From Octopus bimaculoides (taxonomy: Eukaryota): a stretch of 64,000 nt of DNA. The stretch covers positions 24,530,030-24,594,029 of the forward strand of contig NC_068983.1 of NCBI RefSeq assembly GCF_001194135.2, given 5' to 3'. Below, in pieces: positions 51,412 to 63,062 of the stretch (positions are counted from its first letter, which is position 1; every line of letters starts with the position of its first letter). The notes below the pieces were generated by a model that had not been told where the DNA came from, did not search any database, and saw only the letters and a program-made list of their open reading frames with translations. A program made the translations under genes and the position numbers.

Positions 51412-51730
51412 TCCGTCAATTAGGATGATGTGGGTTCCAGTTGATCTGCTCAACAGAACAGCCTGCTAGTGGAATTAACATGCAAGTGGCTAAGCACTCC
51501 ACAAACACATGTACTCTTTACGTAGTTCTCAGGGAGATTCAGTGTAACTCAGAATGTAATAAGGCCGGTCCTCTGAAATACAGGTACAACTCATTTTTGC
51601 CAGCTGAGTGGACTGGAGGAATGTGAAATAAGGTGTCTTGCTCAAGGACACAACGTATCATCAGGAATTGAACTCATGACCTTATGATTGTGAGCTGAAT
51701 ACCCCTAACCACTAAGCCATGCACCTTCAC
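51412..51730 (-). mobile_element. SINE with family D head and family C 3' body
   Basis: Minus strand: catggcttagtggttag head, gtgtccttgagcaagacac core, then the gagaactacg...gatcaactggaaccc...gacggagtgcc body. Confidence 0.7.
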
Positions 51731-51748
51731 CTTACACACATCTATATA

Positions 51749-52014
51749 CAGAGTTGTCTTAAGGCATGGGTACACTGGGCAGTTGCGCAGGGGCCTCACA
51801 GGTCAAGGGGCTGAAATTATGATCTACACATGTTGCAACTTGCTGTCAATGCATAAATATTATAGAGGATAGTGCATTGATTTGCTCTGGGCTTCATGAG
51901 TCAGGGGCCCATTTCTAATCTATTTATGATGTAGCTTGCTGTCAATAAGTAAATATTATAGGGCTTGGGGAATTGATTTGCTCAAGGGCCTATAATGCTG
52001 CTAAGAAATCCCTG
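51749..52014. mobile_element. hAT-type MITE (266 bp)
   Basis: Degenerate TIRs cagagttgtcttaag / ctaagaaatccctg, 8-bp TSD tctatata (51741-51748) / cctatata (52015-52022), and an internal direct repeat ttgctgtcaat...attgatttgctc. Confidence 0.65.
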
Positions 52015-53959
52015 CCTATATATTCGACTTCTTTCAGTAACACAATGAAAATTAAATTAGTGAAAATATAATACAACAAAGCCTCTTCAAGGCAATTTTA
52101 CACACCCAAACATTTAAAGGACAGTTGTCTGTTTGATAGAAATGGTGGAGCATCCAGTTAATTGACCTACAGTTTTGACAATCAACTTTCTGTGATCAAA
52201 TTCTACTGGTGTTAATTTAACCTATTTTATCCCACAGTGAGGGATAAAATATGAACCAGAGCCAAATCCAACTGACCAGCAACTCCACTCCACACTCTCC
52301 TTTAATAAATCGATAACTAGATATATCATCATCATCATCATCATTGTATATAAAGAAAAAAATGTTTAGAATTTCAGCTGTAGAAAAATTCACTTGGAAA
52401 TATTTCTTACCTACTTTCATCTCTTCTTCATCTTCTTCTTCATCTCTTGTCTTTGCGTTTATTGATAAGAAAATGTTTTCAGACTTGGATACAGATAATA
52501 TTTATGACAAATGCATAGTTTTAGGATGAGATCTCTTGCAAGATTCCCATTCAATGATTTATTGTTTTCATTTCGTATTTTGTTTTGTTGAATGGTTTTC
52601 ACTGATGCAAGATATATTTATTTGACGTTTTCATTTCACAAACCCTGTAAAATAGATAATGAAAAATAGCAATGACTGACTTGCTGATAATGACAATAGA
52701 AGATGTATTCAGTTGAGATATCATAGATAATGCTTTCAACACTGCTTGCCTGGTGGGCGTGGCAACTATTTGGGCAGCGAGACATAGTGAGTTCAAACTT
52801 TGCAAATGATACTCTAGTTTCCCAGTCAGTCAGCTTAGCTTAAAAAATATCTACTTTGTATATGAAGAATTTGTTTTAGGAAAGGCATCAAAGTGTTAAA
52901 TATAATAACTATCAGTTTCACATTGCTGTGGCATCTGATATGTTTACAATTGTAATCATATTATAGACTTGTTTTCATAGAACTAACGACAACTACTAAT
53001 AACGATGTTAAACTTTGTGGTGAGCAGCCAATATATGTAAATGTTTGCATTAATACAGCATTATGACGTCACTTCTATATCTGATCTTGCACCTGGCTAC
53101 CAAAAATATGGGGCAGATACAATAAAGTTGTAGTTTTAATGGAACACTGACAAAGTAGAAGGAAAAAAATAATATAATAAAACGGTAAAAATGTTTGGAT
53201 TTATAAATTCTCTTTTCCTATTAGTAATGCTCATCAATTATAATGATTTTCTTTGATCGTGTTTTCTGATCATTTATCACTTTTGAAAGTAATTATTAAG
53301 ATTAGTGTTTATCTAAAGTAGTTGCTCCAACATTTTATGCAAATATCTTAATTTGCATCACTATCTTAAAAAATAAAGAGTTACATAATGACTTGAAAGA
53401 AGTAGTTGGCTGGAATGAAAGTCAATTCTCTTTTACATTTATATTTTGAGGATATTCATCATTTGTGAACCAAAAGGAATGAATTTTAGGATAATTATTC
53501 TTTGTTCTAAGTTTGCCTGAATTATTGATATGAATTTTGCACAGTTGTTTTGATCTCATTGTATAATTAAGCAATCTTTATTTTACGGTAATCTTTTGTT
53601 ATGATAGTTGTGCAGTGGAGAAACAAAGCTCTTGTTTAATTAAAAAAAAAAAAAAATATGAAATGAAATGAAATTAAAGATTTAAAGATTTCCTGTCATA
53701 ATTGGCTGCTGTTACAATTTCTTTTATTGCCATAAATTATTTTGTTTTCTGAATTTAAGTTAATATATCTTAGTCTTTGTAGTTTTGGTATCGTTCTACA
53801 ATGAGAAACATATCTACACTGAACAATTTTGATCATATAGTACATGATCTCCATTATATCACTCAAGTAGGGCATTTATTCAAACTGTTTTGTAATCTCT
53901 TCTATACTATTCCATTCATTTCTCATTTTATGAACTTGTCATCGTCCATCAGCACCTGT

Positions 53960-54425
53960 GTCTGTACCACATAAGAAGCACTTGTGCTGGTGTCATGTGG
54001 AAAAGCACCCATTGAGTGCCATGTAAAAACCTCGTAAGCCAGTGCTATATATAAAGCACCCATGCCAGCACCATGCATAAAACACTTGTGCTGGTGCTAC
54101 ATAAAAAGCACCCAATGCACTCAGTAAAGTGGTTGGCATTTAGAAGGGTATCCAGCCATAGAAATCATGCCAAAACAGATAAATGAAGCCTGGGCAGTAC
54201 TCTGGGTGTCCAGCTCCTGCCAAACCACCCAGTTCATGTCAGTGTATGAAACAGACGTTAATTGATGATGATGAGGGTGATGTTGTTCTATACTGGTGTG
54301 AGTTGGATGGTTTGACATGGTTCGATTCATCCAAGGACTGCATTGTGCTCTGTTGTACTCTGTTGCTTTGACATAGTTTCTACAACACATGATGCCCTTC
54401 TTAAAACCAGCCACTTTACACCTTG
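53960..54425. mobile_element. Two old RTE 3'UTR fragments tail-to-tail (+ 53960-54290, - 54295-54425)
   Basis: Repeated aaaagcaccc units and a gatgatgat tail on +; reverse copy of the motif follows. Confidence 0.55.
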
Positions 54426-55804
54426 TCCTGAGGGCTTTATTCATGTGATCGCTACTGTTGAGGCCACCATGCAGTTTGCAAGAATATGTATGAGCTCTGT
54501 GAAGGAAATGTATTAGAAGATGAAGTGTAAAAGATAAGTAAAGGTGTGAAAGAAGGGGCCAGAGCAGGACAGGTTTCTTGCTGTTGAGGAGCTAAGTATT
54601 TCATTTAATACTTAAGAAAAAAATGTTGAAGTTTACCATATTAACATTTTCAATACAACCTGTATTGGTACTATTCTATGTAGCTAGTATTTATCTCTTC
54701 CACATGGATGCATTGACAGATGCATTGACAGTTCTTAAAAATATATAACTTTTGCTATCATATAACTTCTGTCAATTCCACTCAACCAGAAGTATGTCAT
54801 GGCAGTAGCTACATAAAGAATTATAAGCAACAAATATGTTTTGTGCTCCAGTTAAACAATATTTCCATCTGGTCTGGGTGCACACAATATCTAGCTGTTA
54901 GGAAAGCAGCATTATTACTGTAAGGTGTATTGTATACGTTTTGCTGGCCAGTCTGTGTGTGTGTGTCTGGAGCAGGTAAAACAATGTTTGGAGCTTGCTT
55001 AACTTATATTGGAAATTGTTGAGAAACTAGTACATAATTTTGAGCTTTGTATGACAATTAGTATTATTGTATTTTTGTGAGTCTGAGAGTTTTGTGGTTG
55101 ATTATTAGGTAAGATCGATAGTGTAGATATTTCATGGTTGAGTTGTTAGTTTTAGAAAGAGTATCCAACTGTAAAATATGGTAAACATCAGTTTCAGAAC
55201 ATTAATTTCATGTTGTTATAACATCTGTTATGTTTATGGTTTCAATCATGTGATAGTTCTGTTTACATAGAATCAGTGGCAAATATCAATAAAGGTATTA
55301 AGCTGTGTATGGTAAGGAGGGAATGTATGTAAATGTCTACATAAATTGCAGCATCACTATGTCACTTGATCTTTCACCTGGCACCTGGCCACCGAAATGT
55401 GAGAAAAACATCATAAAGCTGTGACTTTAATGGGGAAATTTTTGAGATAGTGTTGTAATATTGCTTTGGAAAGCCATTGATGTGGCAAACTGCTAGTAGA
55501 TTGTTGGACATATATTTGCAAGGGTTGAAATGTTGGAGCTCCTTGCAACCTCAAACTGTGCTCCCCCATGCAGTGTTAGAACTTCTCACTAACCACTCAA
55601 CTTGTTCAATATAATAAAGCTGATAACTATTCTTGGTTGAACTCCTTGCTATCTTCAAAATTGGAGTTAATTCCTAACCACATGGCTCTCGGTTCAGTTC
55701 CACTGTGTGGAATCTTGAGCAAGTGTCTTCTACTATAGTCTCAGGCCAACAGAAGCCTTCTGAGAGGAATTTGTAGGTGGGAACTGGAAGAAGCCTGTCA
55801 TATA

Positions 55805-55837
<33 letters not shown>

Positions 55838-56209
55838 NNNNNNNNNNNNNNNNNNNNNNNNNNNNNNNNNNNNNNNNNNNNNNNNNNNNNNNNNNNNNNN
55901 NNNNNNNNNNNNNNNNNNNNNNNNNNNNNNNNNNNNNNNNNNNNNNNNNNNNNNNNNNNNNNNNNNNNNNNNNNNNNNNNNNNNNNNNNNNNNNNNNNNN
56001 NNNNNNNNNNNNNNNNNNNNNNNNNNNNNNNNNNNNNNNNNNNNNNNNNNNNNNNNNNNNNNNNNNNNNNNNNNNNNNNNNNNNNNNNNNNNNNNNNNNN
56101 NNNNNNNNNNNNNNNNNNNNNNNNNNNNNNNNNNNNNNNNNNNNNNNNNNNNNNNNNNNNNNNNNNNNNNNNNNNNNNNNNNNNNNNNNNNNNNNNNNNN
56201 NNNNNNNNN

Positions 56210-56535
56210 CATCATCATCATCATCATCATCGTTTAACGTCTGCTTTCCATGCTAGCATGGGTTGGACGATTTGACTGAGGACTGGTGAAACCGGATGGC
56301 AACACCAGGCTCCAATCTAATTTGCCAGAGTTTCTACAGCTGGATGCCCTTCCTAACGCCAACCACTCAGAGAGTGTAGTGGGTGCTTTTACGTGTCACC
56401 CGCATGAAAACGGCCACGCTCGAAATGGTGTCTTTTATGTGCCACCCGCACAAGCCAGTCCAGGGGCACTGGCAACGATCTCACTCGAAAATCCTACGGG
56501 AGCCAGTCAGGCGGTACTGGCAACGGCCACGCTCA
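56210..56535 (-). mobile_element. RTE LINE 3'UTR fragment
   Basis: (CAT)n then cgtttaacgtc...tttctacagctggatgcccttcctaacgccaacc, same as 15066-15250. Confidence 0.75.
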
Positions 56536-57711
56536 AAATATATATATATATATTAAGGTGGTGTTCCAGCATGGCTGCAGTCGAAATGACTGAAAGAAGT
56601 TAAAGAATTAAAGACTACATATATAATTTCAAAATCTTTTGTAGTTTGGGATTCATTAAAACTATGACACAAGATGAAAAGTAAAGTTAATCTGTGTGGA
56701 ATTTGAACTCTCTTTTTGTGTTTGTCATGCTTTCAGTAGAATATTTAAAATAGTAGATAAATGGAACTAGGGATTGATAACCAGAGAATGTGTGAGAAAT
56801 TCTATTTCAAAGTTAATAATCTCTAGTAACACCTTTGGATTGCTAATTGGTCCCCTCGTTCTAACTTTTCATTTAGTTTTTTGATTTATATAGGGCAACT
56901 TATTAATTCGAGTAAGATTTTAATTGAGTTTCCCTGCTAGATTAGACATACACCATTAATATTCATTGTACCATCTTAACATTTACATTTTTGAATTTTT
57001 ATTTAACATAGGAAAAACGATCTTTTATTGTGTTTATATTGTTCTTATATTATTTATTTATTATCAATTTAAGTACTGCACGTAGAGCTATTATATAATT
57101 AATATTCCAAAGAGAAGCGGGATTTATTTGTATTTTCTGTTTGTGCTTGTCTTTATTTAATTTTTTTTGTTAAATACATTTTTATGGTTTTATATATCAA
57201 TGCTATTTAGATTGGATCTAAATCTGCTGAAGAACCAATATTGTTTCCTCCTCCCCCCTCTCTCTCAAACACACCTGCTTTGAATAAAAGAAGCATTTAC
57301 AGGAGATATTAAAAAACAAAAACAAAACACAAAAATATTACGTGCTAATGAATAAAAAGAAGCATAATAGAAATTGTCTGCTGTCACATCAAGTCTATTA
57401 TGTGGATTGGTGCTGATAGTCATGTGATTGCGATACTTTTTATTGTACCATTGTTAGAATAGTTTTAAATTTAGTCCTCGTTTTCTTATTGTATTAATAC
57501 ACACTTTGGTAGTACTGTGTTTTACTTTTCATTTATAGTTGTTGTGGTTGTTTTTGCTTTGTTTTTGTTTTGTTTTTGTTTTGGGGGATTTGTTTGTTTT
57601 TGTTAAATGTGAATCAGAATCATCATTATTTATGAGAAAAGATGATTTGCTATAGACTTTATACAGGAGGATAAAAAAAGAGTATCAGAATAATGTCACA
57701 TATATATATGC

Positions 57712-57751
<40 letters not shown>

Positions 57752-58457
57752 CTTTATGTAAAATGCTATTAGAATTCACCGATAAGCTGACTGATAACAG
57801 TATGAATGTGATGGGCTGCTAATAGACAAGAATTCATTGACTAGCATCTATTTTTTTTTTATTACTTGTGGTGATGACAATGATGATAATGACGATGATG
57901 GTAGCTTTTTTTTTTTTATAGTTTATTCCAGACTTTGAAATTGTGAATTGGTATTGTTTATTTATTTTGTTTTGTATTTTTTTTTTTTTTTACACCAGCT
58001 AGAACAGTTATGTAAACTAACCTTCAGAATCAATGCTTCAAAGATCATTTTAAGAACTCGTGGATAGAACATGTAATTAGGTAAAACGTATTTTGTGCTA
58101 TCGGGAATTCATATCAGTCACTGAGAAGTATATGTTGTGGGTCTGTATCAAAATTCTAATCTTAAATGTAGCCAAAGATAATTGATGCCCTGTTATAGAG
58201 TTAAATGCTTACTTATCTCATACACTAGTGTAATACAATTTCTTAGTTGATAAAGCATCTTGTTCTTTGGTCTTGTGATATTGGGATTTGATCTAAGCCT
58301 TGATGGTCATTACTATATCATTCACCAGTTTCCAGGTATTTAGCTCTTTACCACCAAATCGTTTTCTTTGTTCTTATCTCTTCTGTCTCTGCTATACATT
58401 ATGCATTCAAGTGAGAAATATCTAATAAATTATCTTTAATATATAAATATATATATA

Positions 58458-58586
58458 TAGGCATAGGAGTGGCTGTGTGATAAGTAGCTTGCTAACGAAC
58501 TACATGGTTCTGGGTTCAGTCTCACTGCATGGCACCTTGGGCAAGTGTCTTCTACTGTAGCCTCGGGTTGAAAGAAGCCCGTCGTA

Positions 58587-58590
<4 letters not shown>
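58458..58590 (+). mobile_element. SINE A 5' half with internal deletion (similar 5' halves at 5218-5372 -, 11963-12130 +, 17575-17760 +, 41380-41510 +, 55650-55800 +)
   Basis: taggcataggagtggctgtg...ccttgggcaagtgtcttctac...gaaagaagcccgtcg. Confidence 0.7.
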
Positions 58591-58617
<27 letters not shown>

Positions 58618-59083
58618 NNNNNNNNNNNNNNNNNNNNNNNNNNNNNNNNNNNNNNNNNNNNNNNNNNNNNNNNNNNNNNNNNNNNNNNNNNNNNNNNNNN
58701 NNNNNNNNNNNNNNNNNNNNNNNNNNNNNNNNNNNNNNNNNNNNNNNNNNNNNNNNNNNNNNNNNNNNNNNNNNNNNNNNNNNNNNNNNNNNNNNNNNNN
58801 NNNNNNNNNNNNNNNNNNNNNNNNNNNNNNNNNNNNNNNNNNNNNNNNNNNNNNNNNNNNNNNNNNNNNNNNNNNNNNNNNNNNNNNNNNNNNNNNNNNN
58901 NNNNNNNNNNNNNNNNNNNNNNNNNNNNNNNNNNNNNNNNNNNNNNNNNNNNNNNNNNNNNNNNNNNNNNNNNNNNNNNNNNNNNNNNNNNNNNNNNNNN
59001 NNNNNNNNNNNNNNNNNNNATAATAATAATAATAATAATAATCATACTAACCCCAAGATTCCGAGTTCGATTCCAGGCAGTGA

Positions 59084-59133
<50 letters not shown>

Positions 59134-59206
59134 GTAATAGTAATAATAATAATAACATCGAAAATTATCTTAGGAGTGAGAACCCAGGTTTGAAATTTCC
59201 CCCAAG

Positions 59207-59250
59207 ACACCTGATGAAGGCTGGAGGGTATATCAGCCGAAACATTGTGT
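59207..59250 (+). ncRNA. Minimal type I hammerhead ribozyme motif
   Basis: ACAC-CTGATGA-A-GGCTG(loop)CAGCC-GAAA-C-ATT/GTGT: stem I ACAC/GTGT, stem II GGCTG/CAGCC, intact core. Stem III is AACATT, one transition away from the palindrome AACGTT. Confidence 0.75.
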
Positions 59251-59284
59251 TAACAACAAACAAGATGAGGACAAATATTCGTCA

Positions 59285-59344
59285 AATGTAAATAATGTAA
59301 ATAATGTAAATAATGTAAATAATGTAAATAATGTAAATAATGTA
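59285..59344 (+). repeat. (AATGTAAAT)x6.7 tandem repeat
   Basis: Directly visible. Confidence 0.9.
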
Positions 59345-59379
59345 GCTACTTTGCTTGTTGCAAAATCAGCAGCTGAATG

Positions 59380-59753
59380 TTGCTCTGCCTTAGCAAAGGT
59401 GGGAGTATTGATTTCAGTAATGTTTGTTTTGTTTGTTTGTTTGTCCGTAGACAAAATATCTCAAACATTACTGGGTGGATTTAGATGAAAGATTCAGTGA
59501 TGTTTGGCCTTGTGACTAGCACAAACTGATTAGATTTCAGGATCAATCTGGTACCGGACAAGGATTCTGAATTATTTTTCTCTCTTTTTTAATTAATTTT
59601 TGAGAGCGGTTGGGTTCATTTTTAGTATTCTTGATTGTGAGAGCAGTCAAGTTTATTTCACATATTCTTATTTTAAAAGTCATCTCTGGTTAATTGTTGA
59701 GAGGACATTGGTGTCGCCTTGGCGAAGCTTTGCGTTCTCTGAGCACTCTTGTT
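59380..59753 (+). mobile_element. Helentron-associated (HINE/pearl-like) non-autonomous element
   Basis: Terminal hairpin ctctgccttagcaaaggtgggag, GTTT/GTCC microsatellite, and other end gccttggcgaagctttgcgttctctgagcactcttgtt. Confidence 0.55.
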
Positions 59754-59799
59754 TGTTTATATATTGTGAACCGGGATGAAAAACTGCTATGTTTAGCAG

Positions 59800-59862
59800 A
59801 CAGGTGTACCAGTATTGATAAAGGGTAAGACCCTGAAACCGGCTCCGGTCTACTGGTCCTGT
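59800..59862 (+). ncRNA. Degenerate type I hammerhead ribozyme motif
   Basis: ACCAGTA-TTGATAA-AGGGT aag ACCCT-GAAA-CCGG ct CCGG-TC/TACTGGT. All three stems pair perfectly, and stem I extends via ACAGG/CCTGT. Core carries two transitions (C3U, G8A). Confidence 0.72.
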
Positions 59863-60069
59863 CACCGCTGGATGAGAGTTGTTCACTCCCTTGTTTGCAA
59901 TATAACTAGCTGGAGGAGGTGTCCTCCTGGGGTTAAAAAGAGTAGTAACATTGTTCTGTATGGAACAACCATGTTGAGGTGGCAGCAATCATTACTTTTC
60001 AGTAGAGTTACTATTTGCATCTCTTATAGAGATTTTAGAAGTAGTAACTTTGCTTATAATATTATATCA

Positions 60070-60330
60070 TCGTCATCATCATCATCATCATCATCATCAT
60101 TGTAATGTCCGCTTTCCATGCTGGCATGGGTTGGACAGTTTGACTGAGGACTGGTGAGCCAGATGGCTGCACTAGTTTCCAATCTGATCTGGCAGTTTCC
60201 ACAACTGGATGCCCTTCCTAATGCCAACCACTTCGAGAGTGTAGTGGGTGCTTTTACATGTCACCGGCACGAGGTCCAGTCAGGCGGTACTGGCAAGGGC
60301 CACGCTCAAATGGTGTTTTTATGTGTCACC
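60070..60330 (-). mobile_element. RTE LINE 3'UTR fragment
   Basis: (CAT)n plus the same 3'UTR motifs. Confidence 0.75.
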
Positions 60331-60349
60331 TGCACAATATATGTTTATT

Positions 60350-60567
60350 ATTCTTTTATTCTTTTACCTGTTTCAGTCATTTGACTGCAGCCATGCTAGA
60401 GCATGCCTTTAGTCGAACAAATCAACCCCAAGACTTATTCTTTGTATGCCTAGTACTTATTCTTTTGGTCTCCTTTGCTGAACAGCTAATGTCACAGGGA
60501 CGTTAACATATATCAACATTGGTTGTCAAGCGATGGGGGGGGGGGGNNNNNNNNNNCAAACACATAA

Positions 60568-60614
<47 letters not shown>

Positions 60615-60780
60615 CGACGGGCTTCTTTCAGTTTCCATTTACCAAATCTTCTCACAAGTCTTTGTTCAGCCCAAGGCTACAGTAGAAGACTCTTGCCCAA
60701 GGTGCCATGCAGTGGGACTGAACCTGGAACCATGTGGTTGGGAGCAAGCTTCTTACTACACACCCACTCCTGCACCTATA
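60350..60780 (-). mobile_element. SINE A, full length
   Basis: Reverse copy. Confidence 0.8.
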
Positions 60781-60789
60781 TATATATAC

Positions 60790-60823
<34 letters not shown>

Positions 60824-61259
60824 GTATATCTATATCTATATATATATATATATATATANNNNNNNNNNNNNNNNNNNNNNNNNNNNNNNNNNNNNNNNNN
60901 NNNNNNNNNNNNNNNNNNNNNNNNNNNNNNNNNNNNNNTATATATATGATAATGTATAAAATGTATATATATTATGTTTTCTATATGTATATATATATAT
61001 ATATATATATTATGTCCTAAGAGTTTGTTGCCTTTTGCTGACGTAAGAAGAATTCATGGGTTTATGGTCAGTACACTCTGTAGTAGTGAAGCCTTCCTGA
61101 CAAGTTGTTTTGCAACACTCATTTCACTTCCATATTATTAATTCTCTTAAGAAAAGCATGAATATCATACAATCTCATATCCAAGGCATTGTTCTCACAT
61201 GAGAAATCAATACAAGTTTGGGGAGTTTCATATCACTCTTCGATCTCTTGATTTCCCCT

Positions 61260-62110
61260 CATTTTGTTAGAATTTTTTCTTTTTACCTTCATATGTGTTT
61301 CTTTTTTTTTTCCTTTGACTCCTTTTATTTATTTAATTTTTTTTTTCCAATTCTATAGCACCATATCTTTCTCTCCTTTCTTTCTTTCATTTTCTTTCTT
61401 TCTTCATCTTACTCTTCCCTCTTTAAGACTCTCTTTGTCTCCATTGCTTGTCTTCCACCCTACCCCCGCCATCTTTTTTATTTTCCTTTCTTGGGTGTCA
61501 GTCTTTCTCTGTCACTCCCTTGTCTTCCCTCCCTCTCCCACTTTTTCTTTCTCATTTTCTTCCTCTCTCACTCCCCTCCCCACATTCTCCACCTTCTCTC
61601 TCTCCCTTCCCTATTTCTTTCTCCTTTCTCCTCTCTCTCTTCTCCCACACTCTTTCTCTCTTTTTTCTCTCTTTCTCTTTCTTTTCTCTTTCTCTCTCTT
61701 TTTTCTCTTTCTTCCTTCCCCCTCTCTCCCTCTCTCCCCTCTCCCCATCTCCTCTCCTTGTTTCCCTCTCTCTACCCCACCCCTCTCCATCTTTCTGTCC
61801 TCTCCCTATTTCCTTCTCTCACCCCTCCCTCACTCTAATTCCTCTCTTTCTTGACCTCTCTCTCCCTGCCCTCTCACTCGTCACCCTCTCATACTCTCCT
61901 CTCTCTCTCTCACCCCTCTTTCTCATGTTTTTTACATATTACATGTTGATCTTCTACTCAAGACCCTTCTTTGCNNNNNNNNNNNNNNNNNNNNNNNNNN
62001 NNNNNNNNNNNNNNNNNNCCTCCTCTTCTCCACATTGCCCTTCTATTCTTTGTCCTCGCTTCCCCTCTTCCCTCCTCATTCCTCTCCCCAACCTCTCATT
62101 TTTCTCATTA
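61260..62110. repeat. Long cryptic polypyrimidine (CT-rich) tract
   Basis: About 850 bp almost entirely C/T on +, non-periodic. Confidence 0.9.
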
Positions 62111-63006
62111 AATACTCAATACTATGTTCTTTTTTTGCATTAGTTATATTGCAGCTGCTATAAACTCAACCACCAAGAGAAATTTACCATTATAATTTTC
62201 TTCCTACCTGCTTGTGTTCCCATGTGGTCTCTGATGTATTTTGTCAGGATTCCTTCTTTCATAAGCGAACACAATTCTTTTTTTTTTTTTATATATCATT
62301 TATTTATTTTTTTTTTCATTATAATTGTACTTTTGTTTTTTAATGTAGAACTCTTCTCATCAGTTAAACTCCCTCACTTTATGGTCAAGCTCTCTTTAAA
62401 TTTGTTAGTGCACATAATTCCACAACAGATATACCACTGTTAACCCTTCTCTAGAGACCGTCACCATTACGCAAAAATACATAACAATGATTATTGTGTG
62501 CATAGCAACAGCTGGCTTGCATATGAATAGCATGTTGTTGTTGTTGGTGTTGTTGTTGTTGTTGTTGTTGTTCTTCTTCTTCTTCTTCTTCTTCTTCATC
62601 TTCTTCTTCTTCTCATTATTATTGTTATTGAAGTTAGCAATAAGGGAAACTCATTGATGGACGAATGTATAAAAACACTGTCAACCTGGTTAGTTTATTG
62701 GAATAAGGCCTTCTATGTGCTTGTGTGTGTGTGTGAGGTTGTGTGTGTGTGAGGGTGTGTGTGTATGAGAGTGTGTGTGTGTGAGGGTGTGTGTCTGTTT
62801 ATTTGTGTGTGCATGTATGTGTGCGTGTGTATATATGTATGTATGTGTGTGCATATCTGTATATATAATTGTGTGTGTATGTGTGTACACAATATATATG
62901 AATAAATATATATACATACATACAATATATATAAATATATATATATATATTTAAATATATATATGTATGTATACACACACACGCACACAATATATATATG
63001 TATATG

Positions 63007-63062
<56 letters not shown>

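Noticed and set aside
52981-53019. 39-nt candidate exon (ttttcatag|...TTTGTG|gtgagc)
   Set aside because: Its only open reading is phase 1/1 (LTTTTNNDVKLC), which cannot follow the phase-0 RRM exon and shows no RRM motif.
55020-55040. GAAACTAGTA as a hammerhead half (also 21467, 10869, 32818)
   Set aside because: No upstream CUGANGA core with complementary stems.
61264-62143. Long ORFs of 115-231 aa (L/S/F/P-rich)
   Set aside because: CT-rich sequence cannot easily form stop codons; the composition is a low-complexity artefact.
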